64,000 nucleotides of DNA from an uncultured Poribacteria bacterium (GTDB lineage: Bacteria > Poribacteria > WGA-4E > WGA-3G), in contig CATQHZ020000001.1 in assembly GCA_958296135.2 (NCBI GenBank), positions 2,976,001 to 3,040,000 of the forward strand. Reading direction: 5' to 3'. Position 1 is the first letter of the stretch; the number at the start of each line of letters is the position of its first letter. This document shows positions 10,508 to 18,235 of this stretch, in pieces. The notes below the pieces were generated by a model that was given only the letters and a program-made list of their open reading frames with translations, ran no database searches and was not told the origin of the DNA. Position numbers and translations under genes: made by a program.

Positions 10508-13500
10508 GTGAACATTGAACACATCAAATCCGCTTTGGCGGCAATATCTACCGGCGATTTCCTCGAAACATCAACAGCACTGCTCGCAGCTTTGGGATAC
10601 CGTAGCGAACTGACTCTCGAACTGTCGGGGACGATGGCGGACTTCTTGCATGCATTTCCTGCACCGAACCCAAACACGCGAACCGAGCAGGCATTCCAAA
10701 ATGCTGTTGACTCAGCGCGGCTCATCTTCCAATTTACTCCGGATGAAATCGCTAGCAGCACGCAGCAGACGCTCGATTTCCTCCAAGAGGGATACGCGGA
10801 CAGTTTTCTTTTCTTCGCTGTTGAACTGAAACAGGACAACTATCCGCGAAGCAAATACGCCGAATTCACGCGGGAAATCAACAAACGCCTCCTCGCGCCT
10901 ACCATCGTGCTCTTCCACGCAGGAAACCATCTGACGATAGGGTTTGCCGGCCGCCGGCCACACCACTATGACGCGAACCGAGACGTGTTGGAGAAAGTGA
11001 CGCTCATCAAAGACATTCGGTTGGAGAAACCGCATCGGGCGCACCTTGATATCTTGGCAAACCTCTCGCTGACAGCATGCGTCAACTGGATAGCGGACAA
11101 CAATCAACCGAAAAATTTTGACGGCTTACTCGCGGCATGGCTCGCTAAATTGGATACGGAAGAACTCAACAAGGCGTTTTACCGGAGGTTGTTCAACTGG
11201 TTTGAATGGGCTGTTGAAGAAGCCACATTCCCGACGAACGAGACGGTGACGTTAACGCCGCAAGAACATGTCATTCGCCTCATCACGCGCCTGCTATTCG
11301 TATGGTTCCTCAAGGAAAAGGGGTGGATTGCGGACGCGCTGTTTCATAAGACGCAGATTGGCCCCCTCCTGAACGATACCGATGACTCCTATTATCGCGC
11401 CGTGCTCCAAAATCTGTTCTTCGCCACACTGAATACCGCGATAGACACGCGCGGGTTTAGCAAGGGCACCCACGCCGAGCATCGCAATTTCTCACGTTAT
11501 CGCTACGCAAACGAAATTCGCGACCGCGAGAAACTGTTGGCTCTCTTCGCGCAAACACCTTTTATCAACGGCGGCCTGTTTGAATGCTTGGATAGTGAGA
11601 AAGGAACAAACGAAGGCGGCTACCGCATCGATTGCTTCTCCGATGTCCACTTCCACAAGGTGTCTATTCCCAACCGCCTCTTTTTTGACGCGCAGCGCGG
11701 GCTGTTTCCGCTGTTGAAGCACTACAAATTCACCGTTGAGGAGAATACGCCGATAGAACAGGAAGTCGCGCTGGACCCGGAGCTCCTCGGCAAGGTGTTT
11801 GAAAACCTCTTGGCGGCCTACAATCCAGAGACCGGCGCGACGGCGCGCAAGCAGACCGGCTCTTTCTACACCCCGCGCGAAATTGTGGATTACATGGTAG
11901 ACGAAGCACTCGTGGCCGTCTTCACGCAAAAATGCACGCCGACCGGGGGCGAGCCGAAGTCGTGGGACAAGCGGCTGCGCGACTTGCTGGACTATGCGCA
12001 GACTGATGCAAACGAATCGTTTGATGCAGAAGAAACCGATAGCCTTGTGCGAACCATCTCCGAACTCAAAATCCTCGACCCGGGTGTCGGCTCCGGTGCG
12101 TTTCCGATGGGTATGCTGCATAAACTCACCCTCGTGCTGCGGCGGCTGGATGCCGATAACAGCCGCTGGGAGAGATTGCAGAAGGAACGCGCACAACAAC
12201 GCGCAGCCGCCGCCTTTGATACCACAGATGACGACACGCGGCGTGAAGAACTACTTGAAATTGACAAGACCTTCAAGCGTTACCGCGATTCCGATTTCGG
12301 CAGGAAGTTGTATCTCATCCAGAACTGCATCTACGGCGTGGACATCCAACCCGTGGCGTGCCAGATTGCGAAACTCCGCTTTTTCATCTCGCTTGCCATT
12401 GAGCAAGAGCCGGATAGCGAAGCGGAGAACTTCGGCATCCGTCCTTTGCCGAATCTGGAGACGCGCTTCCTCGCGGCGAATACGCTGCTCGGATTGACAG
12501 GCGAATTGATGCTCACGAGCGAGGCCACCCGAGACTTAGAACGAAAACTGCGCGACAACCGAGAGCGGCATTTTCATGCAACGACGCGCAAACAAAAACG
12601 CGCGTGCAAGGAACAGGACGAAGCGTTACGCGCGGCGTTATCTGCGGAATTAGAGACGATAGGGATGCCCGCTGAGGATGCCGAGAAAATCGCCCACTGG
12701 CATCCTTATGCTCAGAACACCACCGCCGATTGGTTTGATGCGGAACGGATGTTCGGAATTCGGGAGGGGTTTGACATCGTCATCGGTAACCCGCCGTATG
12801 TCCAGTTGCAGAAAAACGGCGGCGCACTCGGCAGGTTCTATCAAAATGCTGGTTTTGAGACCTTCGCACGCACCGGCGACATTTACTGCCTCTTCTACGA
12901 ACGCGGCATCCGCCTCCTCGCCAGCGATGGGCATCTCTGCTACATCACCAGCAACAAATGGATGCGCGCCGGTTACGGAAAAGCGTTACGGCACTTCTTC
13001 GTGGAGAACGTCCACCCGATAAAGTTGTTGGACCTCGGGCCCGACATTTTCGATGCCACCGTGGATACCAACATCCTCCTCTGCAGCAGGACCCGCACTT
13101 CCCCCGTAGCGCGAGGGGTAGCGCGAGGGCCTGTCTCTCGCGGTGCAGCCACTCCCACTGTACCCGTAGCGCGAGGGCCTGTCCCTCGCGGTGCAGCTAC
13201 CCCCACTGTACCCGTAGCGCGAGGGCCTGTCCCTCGCGAGGCTATCGCCTGCACCGTCAACGAAAAATATAAACACACCGCAACCACCCTCGCCGCATAC
13301 ACGGCAGAAAACGGAGTCCATTTCCCGCTGCCAGAGCCGGGCGCGCAATGGGTTATCCTATCGGACATTGAGCGTCAGATTCATGCGAAAATTGAGGCAG
13401 TCGGCACGCCGCTTAAGGACTGGGATATTTCCATCTATCGGGGAATCGTCACCGGTTACAACACCGCTTTTCTCATTGACGACGAGACGAAGGAAGCATT

Positions 13501-14170
13501 AGTAAAGGCAGACCCCAAGTCGGCAGAGATTATCAAACCTGTTTTGCGCGGCAGGGATGTTAATCGGTATCACGCGAAGTGGGCAAACCTGTGGCGGATC
13601 GACACGCATAACGGGTATGGCGATGTGCCGGCAATTGACGTGAACAATTACCGAGCCGTTAAAGCACATCTGGATGCGTTCTATCCGCGACTTGAAAAGC
13701 GTCACAACAAAGGAAACACGCCCTATAACCTTTGCAATTGCGTTTACCACGCAGAATTTGCAAAGCCGAAGGTTATTTATCCCGAAACGACGCATGCCGC
13801 CAACTTTTTCTACGACGATGGGAAATATTTCATCGAGAAAACCTGTTTCATGATAACGGGGCGCGATTTGAAAATCTTGGTAGGGTTGCTAAGTTCCACC
13901 TTGCTGACGTTCGCTTACAAGCGATTTTATAGTGGCACCGTCCTCGGCAAGAAGGGGTATCAGTATAACAAGCATTCGCTGGAGAGGCTGCCTGTCGTGC
14001 AGATTCCTGTGGCGGAGCAAGCGTCTTTTATCGCTTTGGTGGATGCGATTCTTGCTGCCAAAGCTGCGGATTCGGGTGCGGAGACGGCGGATTTGGAGAA
14101 AAAGCTTGACGAACGAATCTATGCATGGTATAATTTAACACAAGATGAGATTTCTGTTGTGGAGGGGTAA
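10508..14170 (+). CDS. Type IIG (Eco57I-like) restriction-modification enzyme, N6-adenine MTase with C-terminal TRD
   Basis: GSFYTPREIV, ILDPGVGSGAF, IVIGNPPY, TaqI_C-like C-terminus; in-frame REP insertion at 13106-13239. Confidence 0.88.
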   Translation: MNIEHIKSALAAISTGDFLETSTALLAALGYRSELTLELSGTMADFLHAFPAPNPNTRTEQAFQNAVDSARLIFQFTPDEIASSTQQTLDFLQEGYADSFLFFAVELKQDNYPRSKYAEFTREINKRLLAPTIVLFHAGNHLTIGFAGRRPHHYDANRDVLEKVTLIKDIRLEKPHRAHLDILANLSLTACVNWIADNNQPKNFDGLLAAWLAKLDTEELNKAFYRRLFNWFEWAVEEATFPTNETVTLTPQEHVIRLITRLLFVWFLKEKGWIADALFHKTQIGPLLNDTDDSYYRAVLQNLFFATLNTAIDTRGFSKGTHAEHRNFSRYRYANEIRDREKLLALFAQTPFINGGLFECLDSEKGTNEGGYRIDCFSDVHFHKVSIPNRLFFDAQRGLFPLLKHYKFTVEENTPIEQEVALDPELLGKVFENLLAAYNPETGATARKQTGSFYTPREIVDYMVDEALVAVFTQKCTPTGGEPKSWDKRLRDLLDYAQTDANESFDAEETDSLVRTISELKILDPGVGSGAFPMGMLHKLTLVLRRLDADNSRWERLQKERAQQRAAAAFDTTDDDTRREELLEIDKTFKRYRDSDFGRKLYLIQNCIYGVDIQPVACQIAKLRFFISLAIEQEPDSEAENFGIRPLPNLETRFLAANTLLGLTGELMLTSEATRDLERKLRDNRERHFHATTRKQKRACKEQDEALRAALSAELETIGMPAEDAEKIAHWHPYAQNTTADWFDAERMFGIREGFDIVIGNPPYVQLQKNGGALGRFYQNAGFETFARTGDIYCLFYERGIRLLASDGHLCYITSNKWMRAGYGKALRHFFVENVHPIKLLDLGPDIFDATVDTNILLCSRTRTSPVARGVARGPVSRGAATPTVPVARGPVPRGAATPTVPVARGPVPREAIACTVNEKYKHTATTLAAYTAENGVHFPLPEPGAQWVILSDIERQIHAKIEAVGTPLKDWDISIYRGIVTGYNTAFLIDDETKEALVKADPKSAEIIKPVLRGRDVNRYHAKWANLWRIDTHNGYGDVPAIDVNNYRAVKAHLDAFYPRLEKRHNKGNTPYNLCNCVYHAEFAKPKVIYPETTHAANFFYDDGKYFIEKTCFMITGRDLKILVGLLSSTLLTFAYKRFYSGTVLGKKGYQYNKHSLERLPVVQIPVAEQASFIALVDAILAAKAADSGAETADLEKKLDERIYAWYNLTQDEISVVEG
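13106..13239 (+). repeat. In-frame tandem GTAG-REP (family A), 48-bp period
   Basis: GTAGCGCGAGGGCCTGTC(C/T)CTCGCG at 13118, 13166 and 13214 plus a partial copy at 13106; encodes VARGPVPRGAATPTVP. Confidence 0.9.
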
Positions 14171-14217
14171 TTTTTCTCAAGTAAACGGAAAGTTCGCTAT
14201 AATCATGAAAAACCGCT

Positions 14218-14305
14218 CTAGCTGCCAAGCGGGCGGATTTTGATGCGGATAGGTCCGCGCTTGAAGCCGCTCTGGATCGAGAGGTTGTCCGCGCTTTACG
14301 GAATT
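14218..14305 (+). pseudogene. Decayed remnant of a diverged type IIG C-terminus
   Basis: Translates LAAKRADFDADRSALEAALDREV(frameshift)SALYGI, compared with LAAKAADSGAETADLEKKLDERIYAWYNL. Confidence 0.55.
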
Positions 14306-14336
14306 TTGAATGGATAACTTTTTGTAGTAAATTTTC

Positions 14337-14366
14337 TTGACATCCATTCGCTGGATATGTTATAAT
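14337..14366 (+). promoter_or_regulatory. Consensus sigma70 promoter of the TIR-TPR gene
   Basis: TTGACA-18bp-TGtTATAAT. Confidence 0.7.
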
Positions 14367-14469
14367 AAAAAATCAGGGGAGTCACCCGCTATCGTCAGGA
14401 GGCTGATTTCCCTTATTTTGAAGCATCGCGTTGCTTCGTTCTATTCGGTGCTGAGAGGAGGTGAGAAGA

Positions 14470-15231
14470 GTGAACAGAGTTTTTATTTCTTATGTTCGTC
14501 AAAATAGGGAAAAAGTAGACCGGCTGTGCCAAGAACTTGGAGAATACGACATTCAAGTTTGGCTGGACCGGAATGAAATTAGGCCGGGTGCCCGATGGAA
14601 GGTGGAAATTCGGCGGGCTATTCGCGACGGGGCTTTCTTTATCGCGTGTTTCTCGAGGGAATATGAGATTCGCGCTAGGACGTACATGAACGAGGAACTC
14701 AGGGTTGCAATTGGGGAACTTCGTCAGTTTAACTCGGAACGAATATGGTTTATACCGGTTAAATTGAACGAATGCGAAATTCCTGATCTTGAGATTGGTC
14801 CAAACGAAACGCTCCGAGACGACATCCAGTCTGTCTCACTCTATGAAGACTGGGCCGATGGTATTCGACGCATCCTTGAGGTCATTCCGCCTGGATTATC
14901 CGATCCTGTTATAGGTGAAGAAATAAGACGTGATGATTTTGTTGCCTATAACAATCGCGGCTTGAATTACCTCAATAGAGGAGAGTATGACAGGGCCGTT
15001 GAACTTTTAAGCACGGCCATACAACTCAATCCCGATTATGTTCTAGCTCATAACAACCTCGGTCACGTTTATCTACGGATAGGAGAGTATGACAGGGCCA
15101 TTGCAAGCTATAGGAGGGCACTAGAGTTGAGGCCTGGTGATGCCAAAACTTCTCTCTACCTCAGGAACGTTTCCCACTTGAAGGAGGCAGGCCTTTATCC
15201 AGAGGATGTAGGTAATCCAAGGAACATATAG
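14470..15231 (+). CDS. TIR domain + TPR repeat protein
   Basis: VFISYVRQN, VWLDRNEIRPGARW, YMNEEL (putative catalytic Glu), FIPVKL; C-terminal TPRs (AYNNRG, AHNNLG); SD GGAGGTG. Confidence 0.85.
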   Translation: MNRVFISYVRQNREKVDRLCQELGEYDIQVWLDRNEIRPGARWKVEIRRAIRDGAFFIACFSREYEIRARTYMNEELRVAIGELRQFNSERIWFIPVKLNECEIPDLEIGPNETLRDDIQSVSLYEDWADGIRRILEVIPPGLSDPVIGEEIRRDDFVAYNNRGLNYLNRGEYDRAVELLSTAIQLNPDYVLAHNNLGHVYLRIGEYDRAIASYRRALELRPGDAKTSLYLRNVSHLKEAGLYPEDVGNPRNI

Positions 15232-15522
15232 GCCTCTGTCATCAACCACGGGCATTGTGTTTCGGGTGCACCGTTCGGACTTCTTTCGTTTTCAGCGAAG
15301 AGCAACATCCGAAAAGGCACCCCCTCTTCAGGTCCGTTAGGTCCTTAAGGTATCCTGACTCCCTCCGCTGTCTGCCGTTCCCTCTGACGTGAAAGCGTCA
15401 CACCTCTGTAGTGCAAGATCTCCCGTTCTTGACCTGTTCGGGCTCAGGCGATCCTGCCCTACAGAAGTTAATTGGGAATAACGCCTCTGTATCCCGATAG
15501 GCTGCGATGCGCCCAAACCGCT

Positions 15523-15565
15523 ATCATCCTGAAAATCCTATAATCTTGTCCATCCTGATTCAGAC
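15523..15565. repeat. Short ~9-bp periodic (A/C)ATCCTG repeat ending GATTCAGAC
   Basis: ATCATCCTGAAAATCCTATAATCTTGTCCATCCTGATTCAGAC. Confidence 0.55.
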
Positions 15566-15567
15566 AC

Positions 15568-15731
15568 CGGAGCAAGCGTCTTTTATCGCTTTGGTGGATG
15601 CGATTCTTGCTGCCAAAGCTGCGGATTCGGGTGCGGAGACCGCGGATTTGGAGGAAAAACTTGACGAACGAGTCTATGCGTGGTATAATTTAACGCAAGA
15701 TGAGATTTCTGTTGTGGAGGAGGAAAAGTGA
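15568..15731 (+). pseudogene. Duplicated 3' end of the type IIG gene
   Basis: 15568-15720 repeats 14013-14165 (153 bp, about 6 mismatches by eye); its stop overlaps the next start codon. Confidence 0.9.
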
Positions 15732-17092
15732 TGTCTGGACTGAGTTCGCGAATCATTGGAACCTATCCCGACTGGGGCCGCTTTTCTGATGCTAGCACAA
15801 GTGAACGAGATGGGGCTATTGCGCAATACGTAAAGTTAATAGAGCCGCAGCCTGATAATGCCTCAGTCTATAACACCCGCGGCATTGTTTACAGCGAAAG
15901 CGGTGAACCCGATAAAGCGATTGCCGCCTTTACCAAGGCGATAGAATTGAATCCAGAGTTCGCCGAGGCACACTATAATCGCGGCATTGTTTACAGCGAA
16001 AGCGGCGAACCCGATAAAGCGATTGCCGCCTTTACCAAGGCGATAGAACTGAAACCGGATTTTGCTGATGCCTACCTCATGCGGGGTATCACTTACAAGA
16101 AAAAAGGCCGCGTCTACAAAGCCCTTAACGACTATCATGCGGCGATAGAATTGGCTCCGCAGTTTACCAAAGCCTATTACACCCGCGGTACGGCTTACGA
16201 GCAAAGTGGTGATTACGCTCTTGCCGTTGAGGATTTTAGCAAAGCGATAGCGTTGGATCCAGAGTTTGCCGAAGTCTACGCCTACCGAGGCCTTGCTTAC
16301 GTCAAAGATGCCGAGATTGAGGGAGTTTTGGAACGCTATCACATCCCGGTGGGTTTGAACTCGGAACCCATCGGTTACGGGGAACCTTCTCGCAGCGAAA
16401 CGAGTCGAGACCGGGAGGTCTCTCCTACTGAAACTTCAGGTTACGGGGAACCTTCTCGCAGCGAAACGAGTCGAGACCGGGAGGTCTCTCCTACTGAAAC
16501 TTCAGGTTACGGGGAACCTTCTCGCAGCGAAACGCTGATAAACGCGGCTATTGAAGACTACAATACTGCAATTGCGCTCAAACCCGATGTCGCTGAGGTT
16601 TATATTTTCCGCGGCATCGCTTACCAGCGTCACGGCGATGTTGAACACGCTGTTGCGGATTACAACACGGCGATAACCCTCAATGCCAATTATGCCGAGC
16701 TCTATTACAATCGCGGCGAAGCGTGGTTGCATTTGCAGGAATGGCAGAAGGCAGAGGCAGATCTGACTACCGCCAAGGACAGGGGCGTGGATATCGTCGC
16801 AGAGTTCCAGCACGACTACAAGAACGTTGCCAATTTTGAACAACAGACCGGCATTAAGCTGCCCGAAGATATCGCCGCGCTGTTGACTTCCGAAAAAGCA
16901 CCTGTAGAGTGTGAAAGGGACACTCGGTTGGCATTAGCGTTGAGATATTATGAGAGCGGCGAGCTCAGCACTGGGCTTGCGGCGCGTCTGGCCGATGTTC
17001 CGTATTCCGAGTTTCTTGTGCTTATCGGGGAGCATGGGCTCTCCCATTTTGGGACGGTTGACGAACTTGAAGAGGATTTTGAGAGTGCTTGA
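15728..17092 (+). CDS. TPR repeat protein fused to a C-terminal UPF0175-like HTH antitoxin domain
   Basis: Multiple YNxRG TPRs; C-terminus LALALRYYESGELSTGLAARLADVPYSEFL...EELEEDF. Confidence 0.8.
   Translation: MMSGLSSRIIGTYPDWGRFSDASTSERDGAIAQYVKLIEPQPDNASVYNTRGIVYSESGEPDKAIAAFTKAIELNPEFAEAHYNRGIVYSESGEPDKAIAAFTKAIELKPDFADAYLMRGITYKKKGRVYKALNDYHAAIELAPQFTKAYYTRGTAYEQSGDYALAVEDFSKAIALDPEFAEVYAYRGLAYVKDAEIEGVLERYHIPVGLNSEPIGYGEPSRSETSRDREVSPTETSGYGEPSRSETSRDREVSPTETSGYGEPSRSETLINAAIEDYNTAIALKPDVAEVYIFRGIAYQRHGDVEHAVADYNTAITLNANYAELYYNRGEAWLHLQEWQKAEADLTTAKDRGVDIVAEFQHDYKNVANFEQQTGIKLPEDIAALLTSEKAPVECERDTRLALALRYYESGELSTGLAARLADVPYSEFLVLIGEHGLSHFGTVDELEEDFESA
16373..16534 (+). repeat. In-frame 66-bp tandem repeat (about 2.5 copies) containing family C REP in reverse orientation
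   Basis: CGAGACCGGGAGGTCTCTCCTAC in the two full units; encodes GYGEPSRSETSRDREVSPTETS. Confidence 0.9.
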
Positions 17093-17588
17093 AAAACCAG
17101 TCATCGTCAATAATAGCCCACTTGTTCATCTCTTGACACTCGACCGCCTTTCGTTGCTGCGGGCTCTTTACACAGTGGTGTGGATTCCACAGGAAGTTGA
17201 AGATGAGTTCCTCGCGACAGATCCGGAAGTTCGCAAAGATGCCCTTAAAAATGCCCCGTGGATACGGACGTTTCACCGCCAAGCCGAGGAACCCTCTGAT
17301 TCCACGCAGCGAGGGCACTCTATGCGGCCAAAATTATCTGGCGAAGACGCTGTGATAGCTCTCGCTCAAGAACTCAATGCACGTCTCATCATTATTGACG
17401 ATCTGAAAGCACGTCGGCGCGCGAAGCATCTCAAACTGCCGCTTAAGGGAGTTCTTGGCGTTTTAATCGAGGCAAAACGCGCTGGGGTCGTTGATGATAT
17501 TGGACCACTTATAAGTGTGTTGTCGGAAAACGCGCGTCTGGGACAGGAGGTTATTGATAAAGTGTTGCGAGCGGCAGGGGAGGCTTAA
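17085..17588 (+). CDS. DUF3368-like PIN domain protein, putative toxin
   Basis: VIVNNSPL, IPQEVEDE, GEDAVIALA, IIDDLKARRRA, GVLGVL; GTG start overlaps the upstream stop. Confidence 0.8.
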   Translation: MLEKPVIVNNSPLVHLLTLDRLSLLRALYTVVWIPQEVEDEFLATDPEVRKDALKNAPWIRTFHRQAEEPSDSTQRGHSMRPKLSGEDAVIALAQELNARLIIIDDLKARRRAKHLKLPLKGVLGVLIEAKRAGVVDDIGPLISVLSENARLGQEVIDKVLRAAGEA

Positions 17589-17623
17589 CGGTACTTCAAC
17601 CGCGCTATCGCTGTCAAAGGCAC

Positions 17624-17659
17624 CTACGGCGTATACCGCGCCCGGTCAGTATTTCCGCC
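17624..17659. repeat. 36-bp direct repeat of 18236-18271 (3' end of the DUF4159 gene)
   Basis: CTACGGCGTATACCGCGCCCGGTC(A/T)GTATTTCCGCC, one mismatch. Confidence 0.85.
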
Positions 17660-17749
17660 CTGCTCTGCGGTGGAGATAAATCACGACAGCACCGTGACAT
17701 TCAACGCGCAAAAGCCTATTGGCAAGAATACAAGGAGGCACACCCATGA
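17660..17749 (+). pseudogene. C-terminal remnant of a RelE/HigB-like addiction-module killer toxin
   Basis: LLCGGDKSRQHRDIQRAKAYWQEYKEAHP*; TGA overlaps the antitoxin ATG; no 5' part present. Confidence 0.75.
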
Positions 17750-18105
17750 GAAAAATGGGAGACTGGCGAGAATACCTCATCAAAGAGTTTACCGAAGACC
17801 GGGAGGAAGCACTCGGTTACCTCCAGGCTGCATTGGAATGCTACCAACTCTATGGGAATACTGGCATCTTCTTAGCGGCAGTCGAAACTGTTGTTGCGTC
17901 GCAAGGCGGCGTGGCGAAATTGGCGGAGCAAATGCAGCGGCCGCCGGAAGTGCTGGCGCGTCTGCTGGATAGCAACAATGCACCGCCGTTTGACCTTCTC
18001 GTAACCCTCCTCAAGGCACTCGGATGCAAACTCACGCTTGAACCGTGCGCCGAGGCGACACCCGCCACCCAAACGGAAATGGAACGCGTCGAAAACGTGG
18101 CATAA
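17746..18105 (+). CDS. Addiction-module antidote HTH protein (HigA/HI1420-like)
   Basis: YLQAALE, GGVAKLAE, PPFDLLVTLLKALG; SD AAGGAGG. Confidence 0.8.
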   Translation: MRKMGDWREYLIKEFTEDREEALGYLQAALECYQLYGNTGIFLAAVETVVASQGGVAKLAEQMQRPPEVLARLLDSNNAPPFDLLVTLLKALGCKLTLEPCAEATPATQTEMERVENVA

Positions 18106-18235
18106 ACCGTGGACGATAGAGTGGGCACTCCGGGAGAACGCCCCAGTAGGAGAGACCTCCCGCGTCTCGATTTCCTTGCGCCCCAGTCTCGATTCCGTTG
18201 AAACATCAGGACCCGGCTGAATGTCTCTCGCACCT

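Noticed and set aside
14013-15720. DGR template/variable repeat pair
   Set aside because: No reverse transcriptase in the window; mismatches are few and include non-adenine positions.
15507-15731. 74-aa ORF as a real gene
   Set aside because: It is a repeat tract fused to the duplicated R-M tail; treated as a remnant.
15878-16050. 102-bp internal duplication in the TPR gene
   Set aside because: Ordinary recent duplication of one 34-aa TPR unit.
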